From the NCBI GenBank assembly GCA_041946805.1, contig JBHGBC010000001.1:32001-96000 (forward strand): a stretch of DNA of 64,000 bases. The letters are read 5' to 3'. The notes under the pieces were generated by a model. It was given only the letters and a program-made list of their open reading frames with translations, searched no databases and was not told the origin of the DNA. The DNA comes from a bacterium (lineage in GTDB: Bacteria; Hinthialibacterota; Hinthialibacteria; Hinthialibacterales; Hinthialibacteraceae). The position numbers were made by a program, and so were the translations under genes. Below, one piece after another: positions 55,826-64,000 of this stretch. Each line of letters opens with the position of its first letter. Positions within the stretch are counted from its first letter, which is position 1.

Positions 55826-58075
55826 TCAAGGCAGTCCCTTGCGCCAGCGGAGAAACCACTCACAGGCCAGGAAGGCGATCAGCGCCAAGGCCATCCACCA
55901 CTTCTCGCCCAGGAAACGGGCGTGTTCCTCTTCCCGGACCTGGGCGGTGGAGGGGATTTGATCGGCCAGATTTTTCCAGGCGGGCTGGTTGGCGTATCCA
56001 CCACCGGTGGATTTGGCGATGGCCTGCAGAATTTCGATGTTTTGCCGTAAGTCCCGCGATTCCAGGGAACTGTTCTCCACTACAAATTCCGCCGTGGCAT
56101 CTCCCGCCGCGTTGGCGACGCGGTATTCACCCGGCTCCACGGGCGTGTAGCGGCCCTCGAACTGCCCGGGCGTGGAAGCCGAGGGTTGCAACCAGAGCGT
56201 CTCCCGTTTTGTGGGGCCGGAAACGGTCAGTGGTATTCCGCTCGCGGTGGCGGAGGCAACCGTAGCCAGGGCTGTGTACGTAAACCGCGCCTTTTCATAC
56301 GGCTCGAACAGGTACCCATCGACGAGAATTTGGCCGGATTGCATCCGCAGGTTTGGATACGCCTGGTAGAGCGTCGTCAGCCAGAACGGCGTGAGCGCGT
56401 CCCGGCCGGTCAGCAGGTTCCACCGCCAGAAGGAATGGCTGCCCAGAATGACCATCCGTCCCAGGCCGTAGCGGTACGATACCACCAGGGGAACCGGTTC
56501 GTCGAACAGGTTTTTGCCTTGGAGCAGGACCTGACCGCTGTCGAAGGACGGCCGGGGTGTAAATGAATCGGCCAGGGGGGGCCATTCCATGCCGGAAGGA
56601 TCCCGCAGCCCGGCCAGGTAAGGCGAATCCGGGGTGGCGTCCAGGTTCAGCAAAACCGGCTGGGAGGTCATGACGAACATCCGGGCCAGGGGGGCGGGTA
56701 ACAGGTTCCGGGTTTCGGGAGACAGCGGCATGGAATTGTTCGCACCCGGTAGAAACAACAATCCACCGCCGTTCGTGACATACTCGTTCATTTTTTCGAT
56801 GAACGGCCGGTTTATGGCCGTGAATGTAAAATTGTGCAGCAGGATGAGGGCCCACCGGGACAAATCGGACTGGATCGCTTCCAAACTTTGGGGGGGAGCG
56901 TCCGTATCCTCCCCGCCGGCATCGCTGGGGGCGGAACCGGGTCCCAAGGTGGCATGCTTTCGCACCCACGGCCGGTCTCCCGCCGGAAACAGCCGGTTGT
57001 CCCGGAAATAAAAGACGTCGGGGGTGATGGTTTCCTGACTTTCCAGAATCCGCTTCAAAAACTTGAAATCCCAATCCGGCCCCGAGGTCAGCAACAGCAC
57101 CCGTTCGGTTATGTCCCGCACTTGCACGCCGCGTGTCAGGCGGTTGTTGTTCGCCAGCCATTCGCCTTCCTGGGGCACGCTCTCGAGGGTGAACAGATAA
57201 TCCCCCTTGGGGAGTGCGGGAATCTCGAGGGTAAGGGAGGCTTCTGAATTATCGGGTGAAAACGAGACGGCTTGTTCCTCGTAATACACCTGGGAGCCGT
57301 CCGCCTTCTGACCGAGGACCTTGACCATCACCGGGCTGGACGGGATGGGACCTCGCGCGGCCAGATGAACCTGGAGTGGGAGCGCCTCCCCCGGGCGGGC
57401 GATTTTCGGCAACTGGACTGATTCGAGCACGATGTCGAAGAGCGGGTTGGCGGTTCCGATGCCGAAGGTGAAGATCTTCGCGGCAGTGAGATTATCGCCA
57501 CTCGCGAGTGGCGCGGCCTGGGCCATGGGATTGGGCCCCTGGTTCCATTGCCCGTCCGTGAAAAACAACAGGCAGGAGGGGCGGTTCGGATCCCGCTCCC
57601 GCTCGTACCGGCCGATGACCGCCGACAGGTCGGTGCTGGGGGCGGCGGGGGTGGCGGAATGCGGCAGTTCGGACAGCCAGGGCGGAGTGGAGTCCGGAGA
57701 AAGGCCGGAGCCGGAAAATACGTTGTACCGGATTTCAAATCCCAAGCGTTCCCAGGCTGGGCCTTGGCGGGAAAGGAATCTCAGGATCTCGTCCCAGCGG
57801 GTGGGATGGGGTCGTCCCGGCCGGTCCTGAGCTGGATCCGGCGGGTAGGACATGCTTTGGGAATCATCGAGCGCAACATACAAGACGGACGGTACCGTGA
57901 TCCGCCGGATTTCCCGCGCCTGGGGATTGGTCAGCAGCCACAAGACCAGCGCCAGAAACCCGAACCGGCACGCCGTCAACGCGTAGCGGAAACCCGGAGT
58001 GATCGGGGCGTTGAGGCATCTCAGGGAGTAGAGATACAACACCAGCCCCAGTGAAAAAATCGTCAAAAACAACAA
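55826..58075 (-). CDS. Membrane protein with vWA (MIDAS), Ig-like and GATase-like domains
   Basis: N-terminal TM helices, LDDSQSM, FTDG, NN motif, GGGLLF, YGLGR..W.W, C-terminal EWFLRWRKGL; TTG start. Confidence 0.8.
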   Translation of the reverse strand: MLFLTIFSLGLVLYLYSLRCLNAPITPGFRYALTACRFGFLALVLWLLTNPQAREIRRITVPSVLYVALDDSQSMSYPPDPAQDRPGRPHPTRWDEILRFLSRQGPAWERLGFEIRYNVFSGSGLSPDSTPPWLSELPHSATPAAPSTDLSAVIGRYERERDPNRPSCLLFFTDGQWNQGPNPMAQAAPLASGDNLTAAKIFTFGIGTANPLFDIVLESVQLPKIARPGEALPLQVHLAARGPIPSSPVMVKVLGQKADGSQVYYEEQAVSFSPDNSEASLTLEIPALPKGDYLFTLESVPQEGEWLANNNRLTRGVQVRDITERVLLLTSGPDWDFKFLKRILESQETITPDVFYFRDNRLFPAGDRPWVRKHATLGPGSAPSDAGGEDTDAPPQSLEAIQSDLSRWALILLHNFTFTAINRPFIEKMNEYVTNGGGLLFLPGANNSMPLSPETRNLLPAPLARMFVMTSQPVLLNLDATPDSPYLAGLRDPSGMEWPPLADSFTPRPSFDSGQVLLQGKNLFDEPVPLVVSYRYGLGRMVILGSHSFWRWNLLTGRDALTPFWLTTLYQAYPNLRMQSGQILVDGYLFEPYEKARFTYTALATVASATASGIPLTVSGPTKRETLWLQPSASTPGQFEGRYTPVEPGEYRVANAAGDATAEFVVENSSLESRDLRQNIEILQAIAKSTGGGYANQPAWKNLADQIPSTAQVREEEHARFLGEKWWMALALIAFLACEWFLRWRKGLP

Positions 58076-58386
58076 AAGACATGTACCTCTTTCTTACGAT
58101 TCATTGAACAAACGTGTACTTTTTTATACAGGCCCGATTGGTACCCAACAACCTGGGCCTGAATTTCCCTCTCCCCCTGGGAGATGGTTAGGGGTAGGGA
58201 CTTCTTTAATTCTTCATCCCTCCCCTGGCCCTGACATGTAGGACAAGGATGAAAAAACTCCCGTATTATTCTTTTCATACTAGCCTTGATAGAAGGTAAA
58301 ATGGAGAGCCCAAAGGATACGAAAATGTTTTCCTCTCAATAAATCGGGCCGAGATGCGTTTAAAAATGGGGATGGAATGAGACGCC

Positions 58387-58980
58387 ATGGACAATCGGGA
58401 ACACGGATCCTTGTTCATTCAATACCGGGATAAAGGCGACTTGTCCGCGTTTCAGGTTTTGCTGGATATTTTTAACAAGCCTCTTTTCAACTACTTATTG
58501 AGGCTTTTGCGGAGGACGGAAGACGCCGAGGACGCCCTGCAGGAGGTATGGTTCAAGGTGATCCGGCAAGCCCATACCTATACGGACCAGGGCCGGTTTT
58601 CCTCCTGGATTTACCGCATCGCTCACAACCACAGCATGGACGTTTTCCGGCGCGGCAACCACTTTCCCCTCGAGGAGGAAAGCGGCGATCCGGAATACGG
58701 CGAATCACGGCTGGACCGGTTGGAATCGGAGAACCCCTCCCCGCGGGACCTCCTCATGGAGCAAGAGCGTTACGACATGCTGGAGGCGGCGGTGGGACAG
58801 TTGCCGGAGGCGATCCGGGAAGTGTATATCCTTCGGGCCATGCACGACGTTCCTTTCAAGGACATCGCGGTGATTCAGAATGCACCGCTGGGAACGGTCT
58901 TGTCCCGCATGCACCAAGCGGTCCAGCGATTGCAAAAAGTCATCGCGGAAGAGGAAAAAACCTCACTGGGCACCGCGTAA
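58387..58980 (+). CDS. ECF RNA polymerase sigma factor
   Basis: AEDALQEVW, FSSWIYRIAHN, FKDIA..PLGTVLSRMHQA. Confidence 0.93.
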   Translation: MDNREHGSLFIQYRDKGDLSAFQVLLDIFNKPLFNYLLRLLRRTEDAEDALQEVWFKVIRQAHTYTDQGRFSSWIYRIAHNHSMDVFRRGNHFPLEEESGDPEYGESRLDRLESENPSPRDLLMEQERYDMLEAAVGQLPEAIREVYILRAMHDVPFKDIAVIQNAPLGTVLSRMHQAVQRLQKVIAEEEKTSLGTA

Positions 58981-58996
58981 CCGGGGAAGAGAAACC

Positions 58997-59497
58997 ATGA
59001 AGATTAGACCCCTTTTCCAAACGCCAGATCCTCACCGGATTCCCACCGGGGAAGAGATGCTACGGTTTCTGGACGAACCGGAAACCAGCGAGACCCGGCG
59101 GGCGTTTTTGAACCAATGCGTCCTTTCCGGCAACGGCCTGGAACAATGGAACGAGATCCAGCGGGCCGTCCAGGCGGGACAGGAACTGACCCGTTTCGAG
59201 CCGGCGCCGGAAATCCGCGCCCGGGTGATGGAGGCGGCCTTCGCTTCCGCGCGAGGGATACCCACCATCCGGCCGGAAGCGCCCCGGCGGAAAGGCTTTA
59301 CTGCTTTCCCCGGCTGGCGGCTGGCGTGGGCCGCCCTGTTTCTGGCCCTTTCCTGGAGCGGCTATCTGCAATTCCAACCCCGGCAATCCAGCCTGATTTA
59401 CAGCGAGCCGTTCAACTATGAATTGCTCACCTTGCAGGAAGACTTGGATGAACTCCAGACGAGTATCGGTCTGGACAACGATTTGATTTCCGGATGA
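58997..59497 (+). CDS. Putative single-TM anti-sigma factor
   Basis: Directly after the ECF sigma gene; single TM WRLAWAALFLALSW. Confidence 0.6.
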   Translation: MKIRPLFQTPDPHRIPTGEEMLRFLDEPETSETRRAFLNQCVLSGNGLEQWNEIQRAVQAGQELTRFEPAPEIRARVMEAAFASARGIPTIRPEAPRRKGFTAFPGWRLAWAALFLALSWSGYLQFQPRQSSLIYSEPFNYELLTLQEDLDELQTSIGLDNDLISG

Positions 59498-59506
59498 TGA
59501 AATGCC

Positions 59507-60370
59507 ATGAAAAACCGAAGTTGGCTTAAAAAACTGATCTGCACGGGAATGGTTGCCGGTCTGGGATTCTGGTTGATCAATGGGAAAACCCCATATCCGG
59601 CCTTTTCCGCGGAAGAAGAAACCAGCGGCCCGGCGGCGTCCCCGGTGGAATCGGCCACTCCCGCCGCCGGAAATACAATTTCCCCGGCGGTGATCCCGGA
59701 CGCCACCCTGGAAAATGAGGATCTCGAACCACTGGAGCCCGGATTGTTCCCGCCGGGACCCCCGCCCCACGAGAAACCAGCGCGGGAAGAAGCCGGCCGG
59801 CGCCGGCCGGCCTGGGGCGGTCCACCTGAACCGGGAGGGCCTTATGGATTCGGTCCTGGCCGGCGCGGTCCCGGAGGCCGGGGCGCGGGCGGCGGCCTGA
59901 GAGCCCCCTTCGGGAGGGGGGCCGGTGGCGGGGGCGGTCCCCGGGCACCCATGATGGATTATCTGGATTCACCGGAGCGGATGGCGCGGTTGCGGACGGA
60001 AAATCCCCAACTGGCAGACTTGATCGAGAATTCCCGCCGGGTGACTTACCAGATTGAACACTACCTGGCGGAGTATGACCACGTCCAGGAACCGGCCGGA
60101 AAAGAGAAGATCCTGCAGCAGCTCCAACCGCTGCTGGAAAAGGAGTTTGAGTTGGAATTGCAGCGCCAACACATGGAAATCCAGATGATGGAAGCCCGGT
60201 TGGAGCAATTGAAGACGGCCTTGCAGCGCCGGGAGCAGAACCGGGAGCGCTTTATCCAATACCGCTTGGACACCCTGCTGAAAGGTCTCCGTGAAGCCAC
60301 TCCCATGCACCTCGGCCCGGAAGGCGGGATGACGCCGCCGGAATCTCCTCCACCGCCGGAACATCAATGA
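59507..60370 (+). CDS. Exported Pro/Gly-rich coiled-coil protein
   Basis: Signal-like N-terminus, GP-rich segment, helical C-terminus; third gene of the ECF module. Confidence 0.65.
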   Translation: MKNRSWLKKLICTGMVAGLGFWLINGKTPYPAFSAEEETSGPAASPVESATPAAGNTISPAVIPDATLENEDLEPLEPGLFPPGPPPHEKPAREEAGRRRPAWGGPPEPGGPYGFGPGRRGPGGRGAGGGLRAPFGRGAGGGGGPRAPMMDYLDSPERMARLRTENPQLADLIENSRRVTYQIEHYLAEYDHVQEPAGKEKILQQLQPLLEKEFELELQRQHMEIQMMEARLEQLKTALQRREQNRERFIQYRLDTLLKGLREATPMHLGPEGGMTPPESPPPPEHQ

Positions 60371-60499
60371 GATGAGGGGAGAAACAGAGCCGGGGGAAAT
60401 ATCGGCAGCGCCGGCGGCCCGCATGGGCACAATCCTTCGGAGATGAAATGCGAATAGCCGGGCGTGACAATCTACGGTAACGTTCTAAAAGGAGATGAC

Positions 60500-60673
60500 C
60501 CCGAAGGGATCGAATGGTTAGCAATTCCGTCCCTTCGGGGTTCGGTTTTTAAATATAAAACTGTAAGCTATAGCCTGCGGCTATTCACATGGATCCCCAA
60601 CGGGGATGAACTGTTTTGATCAGGATTTGTTCATAAAAAAGATCAGCCCCTCGGAAGAGGGCCGGGATAAGGG
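60500..60673 (+). mobile_element. Degenerate right half of the 49689-49993 MITE plus REP arm
   Basis: Colinear with 49846-50020 (CCCGAAGGGATCGAATGG..CGGCTATTCA.ATG.ATCCCC..CGGGGATGA..AAAGATCAG). Confidence 0.7.
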
Positions 60674-61001
60674 TTTCGAAATAACGATTCCCCGCATCTT
60701 TACCTTCTCCCGGGGGAAGTAACAATGGTCTCATGGAATTTGAAAAAATTGGGGCGGCCCGCCGGTTGCTCCTGCAAAAAATAGTCATGGGATCTCGGAA
60801 TGGAGGGGTGACCGGCGGGCTGCCCCCGAAGGTACGTTTTGATTCAGATTCTTTGTTCACACGATTCATCCGTTCCACTAAACGGGTGAATCTGATTGTC
60901 TCCGGATGAGCCTTTGATTGTTACGAAGCCGTCGTCATGCATGAATTAAAGTCTTGAAATGGAAACCATAAATTCGGAATACAGGTACGTTCCAAACACC
61001 C

Positions 61002-62951
61002 ATGTTCACCTTATCCAATCCCTTGTTGTTGTGGGCCATGCCGGTGCTGCTGCTGCCTTGGATCTTCCGCCGCCGGCCAGAAGAACGCGTCCAACACCTG
61101 AATTTCCCCCTCATCCAATTTCTGCGGGAATCGGAAGAGAAAGACCTGATCAATCCCCAGCTCCAGGAACTGCTGCTGTTGATCCTGCGCACCGTGCTGC
61201 TGGCCGTGTTGATCCTGGCCTTGGCGGGTCCGGAATGGGTATCGGACGGGCAGCCGGGCCGGGGCTGGTTTTCGTTTCTCCCCTTCGGCGGACGCTTCGA
61301 AAACCACACCGTGGTGATCGATTCCTCCTACAGCATGGGCTACGGGCAGGGCGAGCGCTCGTGGTGGCAAAAAGCCAAACAAGTGAGAGACCAGGCCGGC
61401 CGGGGCCTGTCCGGATTGGCGGTCACCTACGTCCGCTGGGACCGCTCCACGCTTCCGCTCAACCGCGCCGCCCGCCTGGTCCCCCTCTCGGCGGCGGAAC
61501 TCAACCAATTGTTTGAGACGTCCCCCAATCAGCCCGGCGCTTCCATCACCGAACTGGCCGAGGCCTTGAAGCGCAGCGTTGCGTTAGAGGGTAGCATTCT
61601 GCTGATCACCGACGGCCAGCGGGTCCCCTGGCTTCCCCTGCTGCAGGCCACGGCCCGGCCGGACGCGTTCCCCCCGCTGGTGGCGGTCACCGTGGGAGAA
61701 GGCCCCCTGGTCAACACCTGGTGCGATATTCAAACCCACTCCTCTCCGCCCTGGGGCATCGCCGGGTGGGAGACGCTCGCCGGCCAGGTCCATTCGCTCC
61801 GGGATGAAGCCGGCGGCGAGGGAACCGTTTCCATCCAGCTGAAAGACCGCGCGGAGCAGCTGTTTTCCCGCGCGCTGACCTTCCCGGGGGCCACGCCGGA
61901 TCCGGTGGCCATCCCCTTCTCGTTTACCGCCCGGTTTCTGGATTTGATCCCGGGGAACAATCCGGTCCCGCCGGTGTTGGAATTCGTGGTCCAGGTTTCC
62001 CCCGGGGATCCTCTCCCGGTGGATAACCAGGTGGTCGTGCGTGTCCCCACCGCGCCGGCCTTCCGGGTGGGATTCGCGCAAGGTGTTGAGGAAGACAATC
62101 CGGTGCTGCCGGTGTTGTATTCAGCGCTGAATCCCCCGGCGGACGAAGGCAAGCCCTCCCCGGTGACGCTTACGCGCGTCGCGTTGCCCTTCATGATTGA
62201 CGAAAGCCAGGTGGACCTGGTGCTTCTGGAAAAAAGCCTCGTGGGAGACCGGCTGGACGCGGCCGACTCCTCCGCCTTGATGGAATACGTCAAAAACGGC
62301 GGCGCGGTCATTCTCTTCACGGGAGGCGAACCTTCCGCTCCCGGTCCCTGGACCGCCTTGCTGGAAACCATGGGCTGGCGGTGGCTCGAGGCAACTCCGG
62401 CTGGAGACCAGCCTTCTCCGGTTTCCGTCAACAGCACGGGGATATGGGGCAAGGCGCTGTCCACCTGGGAGCCGTCGATGTGGCAACCGTGGATGCCCGC
62501 GCGCGCCGGACGGTTGGAGACCGGTGAAATCCACCCCCGGGTGGTCTACCAGGCCGGCAGCCAGACCGCGCACCTTATCAGTGAAGCGGTAGTGGGCAAA
62601 GGCCGGGTCTGGGTGGTGAACACCGGCCTGCGTCCCGAAGCGGGCGTCTGGCTTTCGCCCCTGCTGCCTGTGTTTCTATGGGAAACCGCCAAGGATACCG
62701 CCCGCCTCCGGCGTCCCGTCTCCTTTCAACTGTCCGAATCCAACGCGGAATCGGATATCCGCCTGCTGTCGAACGAGGAGAAACAGCAACTGAGTCAAAC
62801 CTACGGTGTCCGGTTCATCCCACCGGAGGAGATGGGTGAATTGGCCGCGTCCCTGTATGGCGGGACAGATCTGCGCGCGTTGCTGCTGGCCTTTGGCGGC
62901 GCGTTAGCCCTGCTGGAATCCTGGCTGGCCAACCGCTTGGCCTCGTTATAA
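61002..62951 (+). CDS. BatA-domain / vWA membrane protein
   Basis: FTLSNPLLLW..P, LLLILR..LALAGP, IDSSYSM, ITDGQ, C-terminal LLESWLA. Confidence 0.85.
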   Translation: MFTLSNPLLLWAMPVLLLPWIFRRRPEERVQHLNFPLIQFLRESEEKDLINPQLQELLLLILRTVLLAVLILALAGPEWVSDGQPGRGWFSFLPFGGRFENHTVVIDSSYSMGYGQGERSWWQKAKQVRDQAGRGLSGLAVTYVRWDRSTLPLNRAARLVPLSAAELNQLFETSPNQPGASITELAEALKRSVALEGSILLITDGQRVPWLPLLQATARPDAFPPLVAVTVGEGPLVNTWCDIQTHSSPPWGIAGWETLAGQVHSLRDEAGGEGTVSIQLKDRAEQLFSRALTFPGATPDPVAIPFSFTARFLDLIPGNNPVPPVLEFVVQVSPGDPLPVDNQVVVRVPTAPAFRVGFAQGVEEDNPVLPVLYSALNPPADEGKPSPVTLTRVALPFMIDESQVDLVLLEKSLVGDRLDAADSSALMEYVKNGGAVILFTGGEPSAPGPWTALLETMGWRWLEATPAGDQPSPVSVNSTGIWGKALSTWEPSMWQPWMPARAGRLETGEIHPRVVYQAGSQTAHLISEAVVGKGRVWVVNTGLRPEAGVWLSPLLPVFLWETAKDTARLRRPVSFQLSESNAESDIRLLSNEEKQQLSQTYGVRFIPPEEMGELAASLYGGTDLRALLLAFGGALALLESWLANRLASL

Positions 62952-62954
62952 GCC

Positions 62955-64000
62955 ATGACACTCCGGATCGACCAGCCCCCCGCTCCACACGATTCCTGGA
63001 TGCCTCAGTCCAGCGACCTCGCCCTGGCCGCCGGGCTACTGGCGGTCCTGGCCGTCCTCGCCCCGTTGTTTCCTCAACTGGTGCACCCCGGCTTTGCGTT
63101 CTTTTTCCGTTCCACGTTGTTTCTCCTCCTGGGACTCTGGGGATACCGGCTCGGCGTGGCGGAAGTGGCCCGGCGTCTCGTGGTTTCACCCTTGTTCTGG
63201 CCCGCCCTGCTGCTGTTCCTGCTGCTGCTCGCGGGGCTCTTTTATACACCCAATGTATACCGCGCCAAGGCCAAACTGTCCCTGCTTCTGGCCGCCGGCC
63301 TGCTTTACGGGACGGCGTATTTGTGGCCCCGGGACGACCAGGCGCGCCGGTGGGTCTGCGGCGGCCTGCTGCTCGGGGGATGTCTCGCGGCTTTGCACGC
63401 GCTTATCACCCAATGGCTGGGGCATGGCGCGTTGATCGAAACGATCAAAACCAATCCGCTCTACCCGGCCGACATGCGCGAGGAAATGATCCGTTCGCTC
63501 CAGGCCAACCGGGCGCTGGGGCGCTTCGGCAATCCCAACCATCTGGCCGGGTATCTGGCGTTGTGCGTTTGGCCCTTGTGGATTTTATGGAAAGCCCGGG
63601 GGCCGCGGTGGCAACGGATACTCCTGCTGGGCGCCGCCGCGCTCCTCGCCTGGGGCATCTACCGCACGTATTCCCGCAGCGGACTGATCGCGCTGGCCGC
63701 CACGGTGGCCTTGACCACGGGATATGAACTCCACCGCCGGGGCGTCCGCTTCTCCTGGAAATCCGCCTTGGGCGCGGCCGTGGGACTCCTGATCCTGGCC
63801 GCGGGATTCTTCACCCTGCTGCCCGTCCATTGGCTGGGCGGACGGTTGATGACGGTCTCCACCATCGTCGCGCGCGTCCACTTTTTCCGGGGCGGCGTGG
63901 CCATCATCCGGGACCACCCCTGGCTGGGCGTGGGTCCGGAAGGCTTCGAAGGATTCTATTGCGCCTACCTGCGACCGGGAGATCTCGAATCGCGGTACGT
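62955..64000 (+). CDS. O-antigen ligase / Wzy_C family membrane protein (runs off window)
   Basis: Hand translation from ATG 62955: multiple TM helices, RALGRFGNPNHLAGY, TYSRSG, DHPWLGVG. Confidence 0.85.
   Translation, partial: MTLRIDQPPAPHDSWMPQSSDLALAAGLLAVLAVLAPLFPQLVHPGFAFFFRSTLFLLLGLWGYRLGVAEVARRLVVSPLFWPALLLFLLLLAGLFYTPNVYRAKAKLSLLLAAGLLYGTAYLWPRDDQARRWVCGGLLLGGCLAALHALITQWLGHGALIETIKTNPLYPADMREEMIRSLQANRALGRFGNPNHLAGYLALCVWPLWILWKARGPRWQRILLLGAAALLAWGIYRTYSRSGLIALAATVALTTGYELHRRGVRFSWKSALGAAVGLLILAAGFFTLLPVHWLGGRLMTVSTIVARVHFFRGGVAIIRDHPWLGVGPEGFEGFYCAYLRPGDLESRY

Noticed and set aside
57864..58082. ATG 58082 in a different frame from the vWA gene, suggesting a frameshift
   Set aside because: The AGAGG site is only 3 nt from that ATG but about 10 nt from the in-frame TTG at 58075, so no frameshift is needed

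Overview
GC-rich bacterial chromosomal window with about 45 CDSs. LpxH, an MsbA-like transporter and many signal-peptide proteins point to a diderm, LPS-producing organism; a poorly characterised candidate or PVC-adjacent lineage is a low-confidence inference from polA-coaE-rho synteny and the style of the orphan pilin. Housekeeping genes include partial pcrA/uvrD, a tandem-domain thyX, recF, dapA, lpxH, polA-coaE-rho, dksA and pyrE. Envelope genes include a LysM amidase, GT2, a GT-C/ArnT-like transferase, an O-antigen-ligase-like protein, vWA/BatA proteins and a bactofilin. Regulators include an HD-GYP response regulator, Lrp, a cNMP-binding protein and an ECF sigma/anti-sigma pair. I recognised no rRNA, tRNA, CRISPR array, transposase or integrase. 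Most notable: (1) a co-oriented cluster of PpiC, VanW, an apparently exported AMMECR1 protein and a thioester-bearing alpha-2-macroglobulin; (2) a 305-bp MITE with IS50/Tn5-like ends and a 9-bp target duplication, inserted in the apex of a REP-like hairpin, with two more ends at the same kind of site; (3) a GmhB-fold pseudo-phosphatase coupled to recF; (4) a promoter-driven candidate structured RNA upstream of polA. Most intergenic spacers are mosaics of several REP/MITE-like repeat families.
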